From the IMG/VR virus record IMGVR_UViG_3300009514_000017, positions 1 through 64,000 of that record: a stretch of DNA of 64,000 nucleotides; one strand, 5' to 3'. Both the position numbers and the translations under genes were made by a program. Under the pieces are notes generated by a model. The model was not told where the DNA came from and did no database searches. It was given only the letters and a program-made list of their open reading frames with translations. Shown here piece after piece: positions 21,701 to 31,781 of the stretch (position 1 is the stretch's first letter; the number at the start of each line of letters is the position of its first letter). The stretch is from a virus.

Positions 21701-23637
21701 GTACATTCATAGGGACAGGAAGCAGTATCTTTGATCAGTTTGGCGCAAGGTTGAATACAGTCCTGACTTCCACCTATTCGATCACGTCTCCAGCTGCCGC
21801 AGCCATACAGACTATCGTCGCTGGCTTGACTCAGTGCTCCTACGAATGGGGTGACCCTGCTCGTGGAGTCTTGAGGACGTACTTCGAAGAGCCGACGTTC
21901 TTCGAGATGGTGACGGGTGGGGCAGATGGTTCAACGGAGTTTCAATACACCAACTCGTCTAGTGAGGTCATCAAGTTCTGGCCCGACCCTAACAGATACA
22001 CCAAGTACGAGTTGATTCCTGGAAGACTGATAGGAGATGTAGATCCTACCGACTACCGTCGTGACCTAGATGCATCCAGTCCTACTGCTCCCGAGTTTAC
22101 AGACACTGATGAACCAACCATGTTCCAGACCGGAATCAAGGTTGGCGATGTCCTGTCTGTACACGAGGAGGTGGTGGCCACTGGATATGGAACTCCATCC
22201 TATGGGCTTACTGGAGTTCAGCTGTTGCAGGGCTCCAATCAACTGACGGCACCATCATCAGCAGGCTCTCCGTTCTCTGCCGCCCTGGTTGGCACCTACG
22301 TCTTCATCGAAGAGGGGGTGGACAAGGGTGGATACGTCGTCACCGAATATGTTGATGCCAACAACATCAAGATCAGTCATACAGCAACGGAAACGACTCC
22401 AACCATTGTTGAACAGGCTTCTGAGGCGGCCAGCGGCACAGCCAAGTTTGGAACCAGTGGTTCAAACATCAAGGTTACGAGGTCGTCAGGAACCTTCGCA
22501 GCGGGAGATGTTGGCAGATACATTACTGTGTACGGAGTCGATTACAACGACAATGGCTCATGGAAAATTGAGTCCTTAGAAGATGCTGATGCCACCGCTG
22601 TTTGTACCTTGGTTGGTACGACCAAGGCGTGGGATAACTCTGTTGCTTTCAGGTGGGTCACTACTGCGGCTCCAAGCTCTGCTCCAACCAATCCCAGTGC
22701 AGGAGGTGGGGACACTGAGCTAGTAGCTCTCAGACCCGTTAGATTCTACGAGGGGACTCCGCAGGATTTCACCATTACCGCAGTTCCAGACTTCGACGAC
22801 CTCTCTACCTCCAGTGTCACAATAGGTGCAGGGCTGAGTGATGGATTCATGCAGCCCTACAGGATCTACAGGACGAATATTCGTAGGGTGACCCCATCCG
22901 AGATGGATGTTAACCAGGACGACTCCCTGTACTTCGTTGACTCTGAAGTTTTGTCTCTGTCTCCGGGAGTGGACGCCAACATCATCGAAGACACATACCT
23001 AACTCTCAAGGATGACACCTTCACCACTATTGGGTTCTCTCACAACGTCACAGACCCCGCCTTGACATACTCCACCAAGGAAACTGGAACGCTAGATCTA
23101 CCGATCAAGCTGTTGCCAGTGGGGAGTGAAGACAAGCCAGGGAACTACGTAGACCTTCCGAATAGCCCAATCCAGATCCAGTATGAGAGGTCTAGCCTAG
23201 TCTCTGACTTCCAGGACTTGTTGGATTCGGCGCAAGACAGAATCACATCAGCCAACTTCCTAGCTAGACACTTCCTCCCGGCCTACATCTCTTATGATGC
23301 TACCTATAACGGAGGATCCGTATCCTCAACTGTCGCCAAGAAGATTATCGAGTACATCGACACCCTGCCCATAGAGACGGCGATTGACGTCTCTGAAATT
23401 CAGGACATCATCTCCAAGAACAGTGGAGATGTTGATACTCCAACCAAAGTCATCTCGATCATCCATGATTGGAGCAGGGTCAGATGGGTCGAGCTGAACG
23501 AGAACGAACTTGGTGGGACCACGACCAAAGTTCCATATGATGGAACGGCAAGGGTGTCGTTCTACAGGCCGGGACCAGACGTCTCGGATGAAGACACCAT
23601 CCCAGCTGGTGAGAGGATCAATCTGACACGAGAGTAG
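18736..23637 (+). CDS. baseplate J/gp6-like protein, greatly enlarged
   Basis: N-terminal LAANFFFERTAGSRATGTARV...VPVQAEEEGDEYNI...VTNLKKFSSG; C-terminal IIEYIDTLPIETAIDVSEI. Confidence 0.75.
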   Translation: MMPSSDEIRTFIEDRLQALDPSISLESGSRAQTDFVEPVLTFLGTDPFETDIEAFIVDRFSQEFPDIYSGDPSVVSDVFAKPLQLMLEPFKRGVNILKLQQSLADPDLLTTDSTESLAANFFFERTAGSRATGTARVKFPVPKNDEFEVTTRFYSSGGLNFYPTAPLSISAEEMIFNRDGSLFYVDVPVQAEEEGDEYNIGVDELTGVDGVSGVAAVTNLKKFSSGAVRLDNAAFVDQTKEMLNERSLNTRRGARARLLQEFQNDTRAIQVIGAGDVEMQRDILVATSPGHSWITGSVSLYNNLALVQARIIDGEEDDAPAAEDTLFLYLNSTSYPSLDQDDRLVELTVESLVSGPLADAGTGFQQAYLVTWSGDFPTGVTQGTPAPGGWVNGQSFEGGFRKPGNVRVSSLPDIGAVSPALSVPNGETHVYGHTDVYVRPILQEDAYITLDTLSDSSPLVERSTLDTNGAGSPANRVVDSASFDFAGAGVEAGHLIIIDSGETDEGVYTIQEVTAAGAGAPYYLYLTEDLTVSQSGLRYKILSNIRIDPFDVTVSKFPFGSVLANDLSTQVGSNLLTLSTNDMLSYSVEVGDTIKLTSGNDKGEYTITAFDSVLGGRGLITDQVMGATASGITYEVFKPLDSLQNPLVRIKQILLLDSSGQSTGVSIPPAQPLGAKPTSDFTSAKIRKASTRRTGYVLPDIEDSYFTKWVEWSVLETAADASGTRYSAGIDSVSPVTTGSASTYQAVLFPDTGPTESEFDFHGNAVGGGEAQGKCSWFIAPAESTDETVNYPPIDEPKQGECLTIKNGPNAGSYLIKQVYKFKRLVATTDYEVWDYFIQIYGEFPVDVFKSLIDFINETGVKASLDISVPASASFDTVIEATYAGVPGNAISLATVADGTGAGSLTRSGTAFTFHYDSGVTLVSEFEDAVDALTGDDDLIAVRTVGTSPSYALASGSGDTFGTTLLTGGTSIVSELPLDASSSDIDWPGTFIGTGSSIFDQFGARLNTVLTSTYSITSPAAAAIQTIVAGLTQCSYEWGDPARGVLRTYFEEPTFFEMVTGGADGSTEFQYTNSSSEVIKFWPDPNRYTKYELIPGRLIGDVDPTDYRRDLDASSPTAPEFTDTDEPTMFQTGIKVGDVLSVHEEVVATGYGTPSYGLTGVQLLQGSNQLTAPSSAGSPFSAALVGTYVFIEEGVDKGGYVVTEYVDANNIKISHTATETTPTIVEQASEAASGTAKFGTSGSNIKVTRSSGTFAAGDVGRYITVYGVDYNDNGSWKIESLEDADATAVCTLVGTTKAWDNSVAFRWVTTAAPSSAPTNPSAGGGDTELVALRPVRFYEGTPQDFTITAVPDFDDLSTSSVTIGAGLSDGFMQPYRIYRTNIRRVTPSEMDVNQDDSLYFVDSEVLSLSPGVDANIIEDTYLTLKDDTFTTIGFSHNVTDPALTYSTKETGTLDLPIKLLPVGSEDKPGNYVDLPNSPIQIQYERSSLVSDFQDLLDSAQDRITSANFLARHFLPAYISYDATYNGGSVSSTVAKKIIEYIDTLPIETAIDVSEIQDIISKNSGDVDTPTKVISIIHDWSRVRWVELNENELGGTTTKVPYDGTARVSFYRPGPDVSDEDTIPAGERINLTRE

Positions 23638-23899
23638 GCGAACGCAGGACCGTAAACGAGTATGGGTCAAACTCTACATGGCACGACTGACAAACAGCTA
23701 CCTTGTTGGACAAAATCTTGCCATCGGAGAAAGGGTTCTCCGGGTTGGTCCTGCTCTCGATGGACGAAGCACTACACGCAGGGCAGGTGAGCTTGGAGAG
23801 AGAAGCCTGCTCCTCTGCTTTTGCGGGAGTGAGGATGTCCTCTTGACCCTCCAGGAGCTCCCAAATCCTGGAGGCAGGCATGGTCTTGATACCTGGCAT
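23618..23899 (-). CDS. small zinc-ribbon protein (CPAC...CQSC)
   Basis: ATG at 23899 with GGAGG upstream; fills the only gap in the + strand tail operon. Confidence 0.65.
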   Translation of the reverse strand: MPGIKTMPASRIWELLEGQEDILTPAKAEEQASLSKLTCPACSASSIESRTNPENPFSDGKILSNKVAVCQSCHVEFDPYSFTVLRSPTLVSD

Positions 23900-23932
23900 T
23901 CGTTGACCCTCCAGTCTGCTGACCAATATACT
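23900..23932 (+). promoter_or_regulatory. sigma70-like promoter TCG-TTGACC-N18-TATACT
   Basis: -35 at 23903-23908, -10 at 23927-23932; same architecture at 53617 and 59649. Confidence 0.65.
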
Positions 23933-23958
23933 GCCACCCGCTTAGAAAGGGTGAAAGC

Positions 23959-26916
23959 GTGACCATCAGACTGTCAAATACGAGGCCCGGAGACAACGAG
24001 TATTCCGTTCCTCCAGAGGGTCAGTTCCGTATGACCCTAGCTTCCAAGCGAGAGTTGGTCAACGTCAGGACATCCAAGATTTTGGTTGGTAGTACGGCCA
24101 TAGACTTCGATGGATCTACACTACCAGAGGTTGACGCTAACGTAACGACTGGAGGTGTGACTGTCGAGGTCAAGACTCCAGAGAGAAAGACCCCAGTCAA
24201 CGCAAACACTACTCGAGCAATAGTCTCATCCAATCTCAGGATTACGAAGAACACGAACGATGATGCAGATACCGGAATTTATGAGGTCACTGCTCCGATT
24301 TCCGAGTTCGAGGATGGAGAGTCTGGGGTAGGAGCAGCTCTGTACGTCAAGTTCCAGGTCAACCCATCCACCTGGAATACGTTCAGTCCAGGCTGGTGCA
24401 GCCTGACAGACATGGCATGTCCATTCTTCCAACTCGAGTATGGTCCCTTGAACACAGCTCTGTCTGTATTGTTCCGGGACAATAGCGGAGATGGATCTCT
24501 TGTAGTAGGGGGCCCAGAGCAGACGGCAGGTTCTGCTAGACCAGATCAAGCCGAGGTCACAGACTCGTCGTTTCCTTGGTTCACACTCGCCGACGGAACG
24601 ACGGTTCACTTGTGGATTGTCTTCGACTTAGGTGAGTCTAGTGCTCGGGTCTATGCGGCAGAGGATGGGCAGGATTTCATCCTCATGTCGACTCACGACA
24701 TCGGTGACCTGTCTGTATTTCCTGTTGCTGGTCAGCATCAGAACTTTCGTGCTGCTGCTTCCAACGTAGTTCGCGCCTACTTCGGAAATGCTGGTAGGGT
24801 CGGAGACGTTCTCGACATCGAGGATTGGTTCCTCCTACCGTACACGTTTTTCCCAGTCAGCATTACGAACCAGTCCCTATCTGGGACTGGAACGGACATA
24901 ACCGGGAACAGTCCTGTTCAATACAAGCCTCTTGATAGAAAGGAGCCAGACGCAGATCTCGGTGGCTGGTATCCGTTCAAGTCTGGAACTTCGGTAAGGC
25001 CAGTTCCAAAGTTCGTGAACAAGGGTGGCTTTGCCAAGAAGCCTCACTACCTGAAAGTCACCAGGGAAGATACGGGCGAGGTAGCTTACGCGAGGAAGAT
25101 AGATCAGTTCGATGAGTCCTTCGGAAGCACCAAGCTCACCACAGGCGCGATGATAGAGATGACTGCCAGGGCAACCATCAGGTCTGCTTATGGCATCTCA
25201 TCAATGATGGGGATCGAGCTGGACGATGGAGCAGATCTGTTCAGGGCCTTGATCTTGGACGATGGACAGTTCTGTTTTCTGATCGACCCTCTCAGACACA
25301 GCCTGGACTCTGGCTACAGCTTGTCTGGAGTAGCTCACCCACTGGAGATTGAGCATACCTACAGGCTGTTGGTGGACAAGCTTCATGATGAGATCTGCCT
25401 GTTCGTTGACGACATCGATACCCCGGAAACGATCTTGCCACTGTCTGCGGCCCCAGCTTTTGGAACCAGTGCAAGAGCTTTGTTTGGTCACATCCTAAAC
25501 GTAAACACGGATTGTGATCTGGAAATCTCGAGAGTGTTTCTGGCTGAGTCGTTCAGGTCGTGGGATGGGAGATTTGGGATTCTCCCTCAGTCACCAGCTC
25601 AAGACTCAAGAACTAGGATGTCTCTGTACTCCCCAGTTGACTGGATGGATGGGGACCAGGACAGCGTTCGCCTAAACGCCACCGGTTCTTATGGTTCAAG
25701 AGTGACCATGAGTAGAATTGACAATGAGTTCTGTTCTGACTCAAACGCCTTTGTAGATTTCCGGATGATGATAGTTAGCCATTCCGGTGCAGACAACGAG
25801 CGAGGGGCTATCGGAACGACTGGAGTCGAAGTAGATATGGGTTTCATCAGCCCAGACCCCACAGTTGCTAATGTACAGAGTGTTAGATTGCTGTTCGTGA
25901 ATGCAGGTGCTTACGGAAGAAAAGCCTGTTTCGCTTTTGAAGACTATACGGATTCAGACTTTACAGAGCAGACCGCAAACGGGAGGAAGTACTCCATAGA
26001 CGTGGACTGGACTGACTTCCACTCCTACAGAATCCTATATAGAACCGGTGTGGCTCTCGAGCTGTACATAGATGACTTCGAGACCCCAGCAATGCAGATA
26101 CTGTGGGGTGTGGGTGGTTTCGGACTGAGCACAGGCTTCGTCTACAACGGTTTGGAGCTTGGCCATATCGATGGTAGCAGGCTGTCAGATAGTGAGTGGA
26201 TGCACATAAGGTGGGGATCTGGCTACGGCGTAGACGTTGGAATGAGACCAGAATTCCCAGCCAGCACTCTGGAAGATTATCTGCTGAATGGTAAGTCTAT
26301 CATCGCCGGTGGAGCCACTGAAACAGCATTGCTATCTTATCAGCTCTCGAGCTCAATTCCAGAAGGCTACTCCATATCTGACAGCGATACTCTTCTTGTG
26401 TCTGTTGATGGTGGCGGAGCCCAGACGGTAACTTTCACTGGAACTGCTGCTAGGCTGTCGAAGACTGGTCTATCTCTAGGGTTCCCGTTGAGTGGAACCT
26501 TGGTCTACTCGATTGATGGAGATAGAAACCAGACGGTGACAATAACGGCGGCTGCTGATTACGCAGACCTGGCCGCACAAGTGGATGCAGGTCTAAGCAA
26601 CGCAACTGCTACTGATAACTCTTCCACTGAGCTACATGTAGACTCAGAAATTCTAGGGAGCACGTCTAGTGTCTCGGTTGTTGATGGTACTCTTCTCTCC
26701 ACCATTTACGCCGCCCCGGATTCGGATTCTGGAACTGGTAACATGCCAAACCTGGATGACGCTTCTGCGGATGAAGTTGCATCTGTAATATCATCCGCTC
26801 TGACTGGGGCTAGTGCTTTGAGACAAAACAGCACCATCATCATCTCAAGTGATACAGGTCTGGGTGGTACAATTGTGGTAACTGGTGGAACTGCTCAGGC
26901 AGCACTGGGGTTCTAG
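23959..26916 (+). CDS. large tail/baseplate-associated structural protein
   Basis: 985 aa, beta-rich; the C-terminus carries the VDGG..TVTF / GGTAQAALGF module also found in other virion proteins here. Confidence 0.65.
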   Translation: MTIRLSNTRPGDNEYSVPPEGQFRMTLASKRELVNVRTSKILVGSTAIDFDGSTLPEVDANVTTGGVTVEVKTPERKTPVNANTTRAIVSSNLRITKNTNDDADTGIYEVTAPISEFEDGESGVGAALYVKFQVNPSTWNTFSPGWCSLTDMACPFFQLEYGPLNTALSVLFRDNSGDGSLVVGGPEQTAGSARPDQAEVTDSSFPWFTLADGTTVHLWIVFDLGESSARVYAAEDGQDFILMSTHDIGDLSVFPVAGQHQNFRAAASNVVRAYFGNAGRVGDVLDIEDWFLLPYTFFPVSITNQSLSGTGTDITGNSPVQYKPLDRKEPDADLGGWYPFKSGTSVRPVPKFVNKGGFAKKPHYLKVTREDTGEVAYARKIDQFDESFGSTKLTTGAMIEMTARATIRSAYGISSMMGIELDDGADLFRALILDDGQFCFLIDPLRHSLDSGYSLSGVAHPLEIEHTYRLLVDKLHDEICLFVDDIDTPETILPLSAAPAFGTSARALFGHILNVNTDCDLEISRVFLAESFRSWDGRFGILPQSPAQDSRTRMSLYSPVDWMDGDQDSVRLNATGSYGSRVTMSRIDNEFCSDSNAFVDFRMMIVSHSGADNERGAIGTTGVEVDMGFISPDPTVANVQSVRLLFVNAGAYGRKACFAFEDYTDSDFTEQTANGRKYSIDVDWTDFHSYRILYRTGVALELYIDDFETPAMQILWGVGGFGLSTGFVYNGLELGHIDGSRLSDSEWMHIRWGSGYGVDVGMRPEFPASTLEDYLLNGKSIIAGGATETALLSYQLSSSIPEGYSISDSDTLLVSVDGGGAQTVTFTGTAARLSKTGLSLGFPLSGTLVYSIDGDRNQTVTITAAADYADLAAQVDAGLSNATATDNSSTELHVDSEILGSTSSVSVVDGTLLSTIYAAPDSDSGTGNMPNLDDASADEVASVISSALTGASALRQNSTIIISSDTGLGGTIVVTGGTAQAALGF

Positions 26917-29900
26917 ATGCCGTCCGTTCCTATTTCAGGTCCAACCCCAGCAACTTCAACCAGGCCAGTTGCCATCGTTGTTGCTACTCCCTTGGCTGCG
27001 ACCATTGGATCTCGGGTTCTACTCAACGGCAAGGCCAGCACGAACGCCGCTGGAACTACTCTCACGTACAAGTGGGAGTTCGTACAACCACTACCCATTG
27101 GGTCCCGGGTTGCCATCCAAGGGTTCATCGAGGTCGAAGACGATTTGTCTGTTGTAGCGTTCACTCCAGACATAGTCGGGGAGTACATTTTCAATCTGGT
27201 GGTAAACGACGGCAATTACGACAGTGATCCGTTCTATCAGCAGATCAGCGTCCGTTCAGTTGTAGTCCCACACGCCAGGGGAATAGTGCCAGATGGGAAA
27301 TTCATCTGGAGCTACTTGAGAGATGTGTGGAAGGAGGTTGAGGGTAGAGACCTGTTCGAGACGTTGTGGTCTACCCTCATCCAGATAGTAGGCTCGGAAG
27401 TTCTAAAGCTCTATCAGGCAGACTTCAACAAGAGCATCCGTGATGTTCAGAGTGAAGTGCAGAAGAGGTGGCTTTCATACGCTCCTCTCCTAGAATTGGA
27501 CACTGATAGCCTTTCGTTCTTTCTGGGGAACGTGTCGCAGGGACGCGATGGAATAACCGAGCCTTACCCGTTTCAATTGAAGGGCATCATAGTTAATGCA
27601 CAGGAGTTCATCCCTGTTGAAGGAACAGCACTACCCTCTGATGTTGGAACCGACCTGACCATCACATTCAGCCTGGATTCTGGTAACGAGGCTGACTACA
27701 GAATATTGAGCTTGAATGGAAGCAAAGATGGTTTTCTGCTTGCCATAAGCTCGTTCTCCGCCCCAACCGCAGACGAGTCCTACGCATCAAAGACGTTCTA
27801 CTTCAGTGACAGATCGACGAGTTGGGCTGCAACGACTGCGGGTCCGTACTCCGTCGGCAACTACATTAGGTTCGTTTCCGGAGACAACAAGGGCATCTAC
27901 AGAATCATGACGGTGTCTGGAACAGACATCACTGTCGATAAGCCACCACCGTTTTTGTCGGACGCAGGCAATCCATCTTCCGGTCCAGTTTATAACCCGG
28001 TGGAGTTCACACTACCTAGGGTTCAGACATCGACTGTGACCAGCTTGGCTATTCCATACATTGGTAGGGAGACAGAGTTTGACTCATTCAGGGTTGGACG
28101 ACTGTTGACGTTTGGTGGCAAGGATGTGACTGCTCCAGGTGGTACACTACGAGAGGCAGGTCAGCAGACATACGAGCCATCTAGTGCTCGAGTCGATTAT
28201 CGTCAGGGGGTAGCAGTAGCCAAGTTTACCATTCCAGACACCAACCAGGCACCCTCTGGATTGTTCGGGCAAGACTGGAGGTTGTCCAACACCCTAATAT
28301 CTACCTCTCAGAACTTTGACGAGCTGGGTGTCAACCCGGGCGACTTGTTGACGTTCAAGGTTCATCTGGTTGGATCTGATGTCGCAGTAGACCTAAAAGC
28401 TCTTGTTGTTGGGGTTCGAAAGAAGAAGCTGGCTTTCGAGTTTACTAGCTCAAATCTCACTCCAGGTTCAGCCGTCACGGAGAATGTGGTCAGAACTCTG
28501 GTAGTCGGTTTTGGAATCGATGGTTATTCACTAGCTGATGACGGGACGGATGTTTACGAGGACGATGCGCTGGACTTCAAGAACAGCTACGAGTCCATGT
28601 TATTCCAAACCTCATACCACAACGTGCTGCTAGATCAGGACAGTACGTTGACTATCAATGGAAAAGGCTACTCGTTCATTCCGTTCTCCATTCTCCGTCA
28701 TCAGACTGTAGGGGTGGACGTAGACCTGAAGTCTGTTCCGATGTTGCAGGAGTTCATCAAGCCTCCTCAGACAGTGACCAGGAGTGGTGTCACCTATCAA
28801 GTCCACAAGGGAGTCGAGTATGCTCTGGAAAGAGCCCCTAGACCATACGTCGAGAACTCCGACTTCACGATAGGTGATGAGAACGCCTACAGCGGTAAAT
28901 TCATATTCGAGTCCGGCTCCAACTACGTCGAAGGTGAGGGGATCGATTTTATAGAGTTGGGAATCAAGGCTGGTGATTCGTTCGAGATAGTTACCCCTCT
29001 GTCCTTGGCGGCGGATTACACAATCTCGGCTGTGGTGTCACAGGACAAGATCAAGCTCAGTCTCCCAGTTCCTCTGTTCCCAGTGGACCCAGTAGTAGAG
29101 GCGAACGTCGTAATCACTAGGCGAAGGTCTGGTAGATTCATGCGGTTCGTTCCCGGCTTGTTCTCAGTAGCTGGCCCAATCGCACCTAAGAGACTGTGGG
29201 CAGAGGTCTCCTTCGTAGACAATAACACCGTCATAGAAGGCAACTTCGGTCTGGCGGTTGGTCTGAAGATAGATGACTTGGAGAATGTAACCAAAGACAT
29301 TACCTATCGGCAGGCAGTGGCAGGATTGATGCGTGCCTATTCCAACTCACCGTCTATAGATAACGTAAGGACTGGTCTAGAGATCTTGCTCGGTATCCCG
29401 TTCGCTGAACATCGCGGAATCATTCGCTCCATAAACCCTGACTATAGAAGAGATTCCTATGGGAGAGTTACCAAGGGGCAGATGATAGTGGAGGATGTGG
29501 ATAGCAGTAGTGACCCTCTTGGTACTTTCCGTGTCTACGTCTACCCATTGGATGAAGAGTCAGAACTGTCTGGGCTCGAGGTCAATCCAGTCACCGATCT
29601 ACCCTATGTCGTTGGAGACATCGTTGAGGCGTTTGCAACCTTGGCAGTTGGTATTGGAATTCAGGATTACCTCACCCATCCACTGGATGACACGTTCTCT
29701 GCCGCCAAGAGATTGCAGCAGTTTCACTCGGTCAGAGTGTTAATCAACGACAACATCTACTCGTCAGGAGAGTACGACCTGGTATCGAAGTTCTTGCGCA
29801 ACATCACACCGTCGTACATCAAGTATGCACTAACCGTGATGTCAGACTTCGACGAGGATGTTCAGGCTCTTGATGCTCTCCACATGAACATCAGTGGGGA

Positions 29901-31107
29901 GATCATAGTAGACAACGCTTCGTTCGGCATCGCTCCTGCTCTGATGCTCAACAACAGGATATTCCTGTCGAGCGCTGGTCTGATCTTCATAGGTGATGGT
30001 GTGTTCAGGGCCATGAGATATGGTCTTGCGACCGTTGCAGCTACAGGAGATAGCAAGTTCACAGTGTCCGAGGGAGGGATTCTAAACCCCAGAGCGACTG
30101 AGGACTTTGAGGCTCCACTGGTTCGTGCTGGAGATACAGTCTGGATCAGGAATGGGATGGCAGGTGGTAAGTACACTGTTGATTCTGGAATCACCGACAC
30201 AGAGATCCCTGTCAGTGATGGTCCGTCTGTTGGGTTTGCTCAAGAGTCCGGTCTTGGATACGTCGTTCTTAGAGCAGTAAATCCAGAACTAGTTACTGGA
30301 GTAACCGCTGATATCTCTACTGGTGTAGATGAGATCTCCATCTCCGGAGGGCAACTCAGGGTTCATGGAGTTGGTCCAGGAGATTGGCTGATCGTTGACT
30401 CTGCCTCTGTTGGTGCCAGGAGATTTACCATCCTGGATGTCATCAACTCCGGTAGCTCTTGGGACACAGTCAAAGTCACGCCAACACCAACCGGTACCGC
30501 TACCCCAGCTGCTAGGATCTGGCGACCATCTCTTATGACCAAGGTAGAGGAGACGTTCCAGATTACTGGGAGTGGTGGTACTATCTACACTCCGGATGAT
30601 ACATGGTGGATCGGTCTCGCAGATCCTGGAGACGAAATAGAATTGGATGATGACACCCAGAGTAGATTCCTGCTTGGTGATCCATTGGATGATTACTCTG
30701 TCAGCTCGATCCCAGCTGGTGCAGCAGATTATAAACTGGTCAAGAAGAACAGACCTGGAGCATTCGTCTCTCTGGATCACTTGCGATATGATCCGATGGA
30801 GCAGATTGATATAGACTTGGTTGAAGATCAGACTCTTGCTTCTTGCTCTGTTGGCAGTACAGATGTGACTCTCCAGGAGGAGAGAACCACAGCACCACCA
30901 TCAGGACCAAGTGCAGTGAACCCAGCAACCATGAACGTCAAGGTAGGCGATTATCTGATATTGACTGGTGGTGCAGCTGGAGCCATGAACATAGGCTACG
31001 GTAATGGGGTATTTCCTATCGTGGCTTTTGATGCGACCAAGGTTGTGATCAGTCAGGGCCTACCTGACACTGAGTCAGTGGCTTGGGCCATAAGACGGAG
31101 ACTGTAA
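26917..31107 (+). CDS. baseplate wedge-like protein with N-terminal PKD/Ig domain
   Basis: LNGKAS...LTYKWEF...FTPDIVGEYIFNLVVNDG (PKD-like); YRQAVAGLMRAYSNSPSIDNVRTGLEILLG resembles gpI/gp7-like wedge proteins. Confidence 0.65.
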   Translation: MPSVPISGPTPATSTRPVAIVVATPLAATIGSRVLLNGKASTNAAGTTLTYKWEFVQPLPIGSRVAIQGFIEVEDDLSVVAFTPDIVGEYIFNLVVNDGNYDSDPFYQQISVRSVVVPHARGIVPDGKFIWSYLRDVWKEVEGRDLFETLWSTLIQIVGSEVLKLYQADFNKSIRDVQSEVQKRWLSYAPLLELDTDSLSFFLGNVSQGRDGITEPYPFQLKGIIVNAQEFIPVEGTALPSDVGTDLTITFSLDSGNEADYRILSLNGSKDGFLLAISSFSAPTADESYASKTFYFSDRSTSWAATTAGPYSVGNYIRFVSGDNKGIYRIMTVSGTDITVDKPPPFLSDAGNPSSGPVYNPVEFTLPRVQTSTVTSLAIPYIGRETEFDSFRVGRLLTFGGKDVTAPGGTLREAGQQTYEPSSARVDYRQGVAVAKFTIPDTNQAPSGLFGQDWRLSNTLISTSQNFDELGVNPGDLLTFKVHLVGSDVAVDLKALVVGVRKKKLAFEFTSSNLTPGSAVTENVVRTLVVGFGIDGYSLADDGTDVYEDDALDFKNSYESMLFQTSYHNVLLDQDSTLTINGKGYSFIPFSILRHQTVGVDVDLKSVPMLQEFIKPPQTVTRSGVTYQVHKGVEYALERAPRPYVENSDFTIGDENAYSGKFIFESGSNYVEGEGIDFIELGIKAGDSFEIVTPLSLAADYTISAVVSQDKIKLSLPVPLFPVDPVVEANVVITRRRSGRFMRFVPGLFSVAGPIAPKRLWAEVSFVDNNTVIEGNFGLAVGLKIDDLENVTKDITYRQAVAGLMRAYSNSPSIDNVRTGLEILLGIPFAEHRGIIRSINPDYRRDSYGRVTKGQMIVEDVDSSSDPLGTFRVYVYPLDEESELSGLEVNPVTDLPYVVGDIVEAFATLAVGIGIQDYLTHPLDDTFSAAKRLQQFHSVRVLINDNIYSSGEYDLVSKFLRNITPSYIKYALTVMSDFDEDVQALDALHMNISGEIIVDNASFGIAPALMLNNRIFLSSAGLIFIGDGVFRAMRYGLATVAATGDSKFTVSEGGILNPRATEDFEAPLVRAGDTVWIRNGMAGGKYTVDSGITDTEIPVSDGPSVGFAQESGLGYVVLRAVNPELVTGVTADISTGVDEISISGGQLRVHGVGPGDWLIVDSASVGARRFTILDVINSGSSWDTVKVTPTPTGTATPAARIWRPSLMTKVEETFQITGSGGTIYTPDDTWWIGLADPGDEIELDDDTQSRFLLGDPLDDYSVSSIPAGAADYKLVKKNRPGAFVSLDHLRYDPMEQIDIDLVEDQTLASCSVGSTDVTLQEERTTAPPSGPSAVNPATMNVKVGDYLILTGGAAGAMNIGYGNGVFPIVAFDATKVVISQGLPDTESVAWAIRRRL

Positions 31108-31772
31108 TGGGATTTTCCGAGTCGGTGATAGTGTCAGACAGTGGATTTGCAAGACTAAGAAGAAAGATCGGTGGAGCGATAGCCGGCGTAGACTTCGACG
31201 ACCGTAGCGTCATTGAGGTCACTGGTTGGGTTCGAGCAGTCCTGCGAGAGAGGGGAAAGATAGTTCCCGGTTCTCGAAGAGAGGGAAAGAACATCTGGAC
31301 CAACTACGGTAGAGAGCTCATCACCCAACTCATCGCCTACAAGGATACAGGTCTAGTCAAGCATCGAGACGACAGGTTGTTCTACATAGGAGTGGGGACG
31401 GGATCACAGGTAGAGGATGTAGGAGTCACCTCGTTGATAACGCCGGTAGACTACAATGCCTCCTCCGAGTTTCTGGCGCCGCTCGATCTCTCTCTTGGAG
31501 TTTCACCTTCGTTTCCTCTGACACCATCGAAGACAACTGTCAGGTTTCACAAGATCTTTGCGGAGAACGAGATTACTGTGTCGTCATCTCCAATCAACAT
31601 TACGGAGATGGGGCTGTTCACGAACGGTGAGCAGACTGCTTTCACCGTCGGTGGAAGAGACATCACGACAGCCAACGGTGGTCTACAAACACCCTGTGCC
31701 TACAGAGCATTCGAGCCTATAGGGAAGAGTGACTCCCTCGAGCTGGAAGTAAGCTGGGACATTCGTCTCTAG
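31107..31772 (+). CDS. baseplate/tail-fibre attachment protein
   Basis: NIWTNYGRELITQLI..YIGVGTG..ITEMGLF..F.PIGK...LEVSWDIRL pattern; TAATG coupling. Confidence 0.65.
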   Translation: MGFSESVIVSDSGFARLRRKIGGAIAGVDFDDRSVIEVTGWVRAVLRERGKIVPGSRREGKNIWTNYGRELITQLIAYKDTGLVKHRDDRLFYIGVGTGSQVEDVGVTSLITPVDYNASSEFLAPLDLSLGVSPSFPLTPSKTTVRFHKIFAENEITVSSSPINITEMGLFTNGEQTAFTVGGRDITTANGGLQTPCAYRAFEPIGKSDSLELEVSWDIRL

Positions 31773-31781
31773 GAGTCGGCA

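Noticed and set aside
23678-23962. + strand 94-aa ORF in the baseplate gap
   Set aside because: The - strand ORF has an SD and paired CxxC motifs; the + ORF has neither and runs through the promoter.
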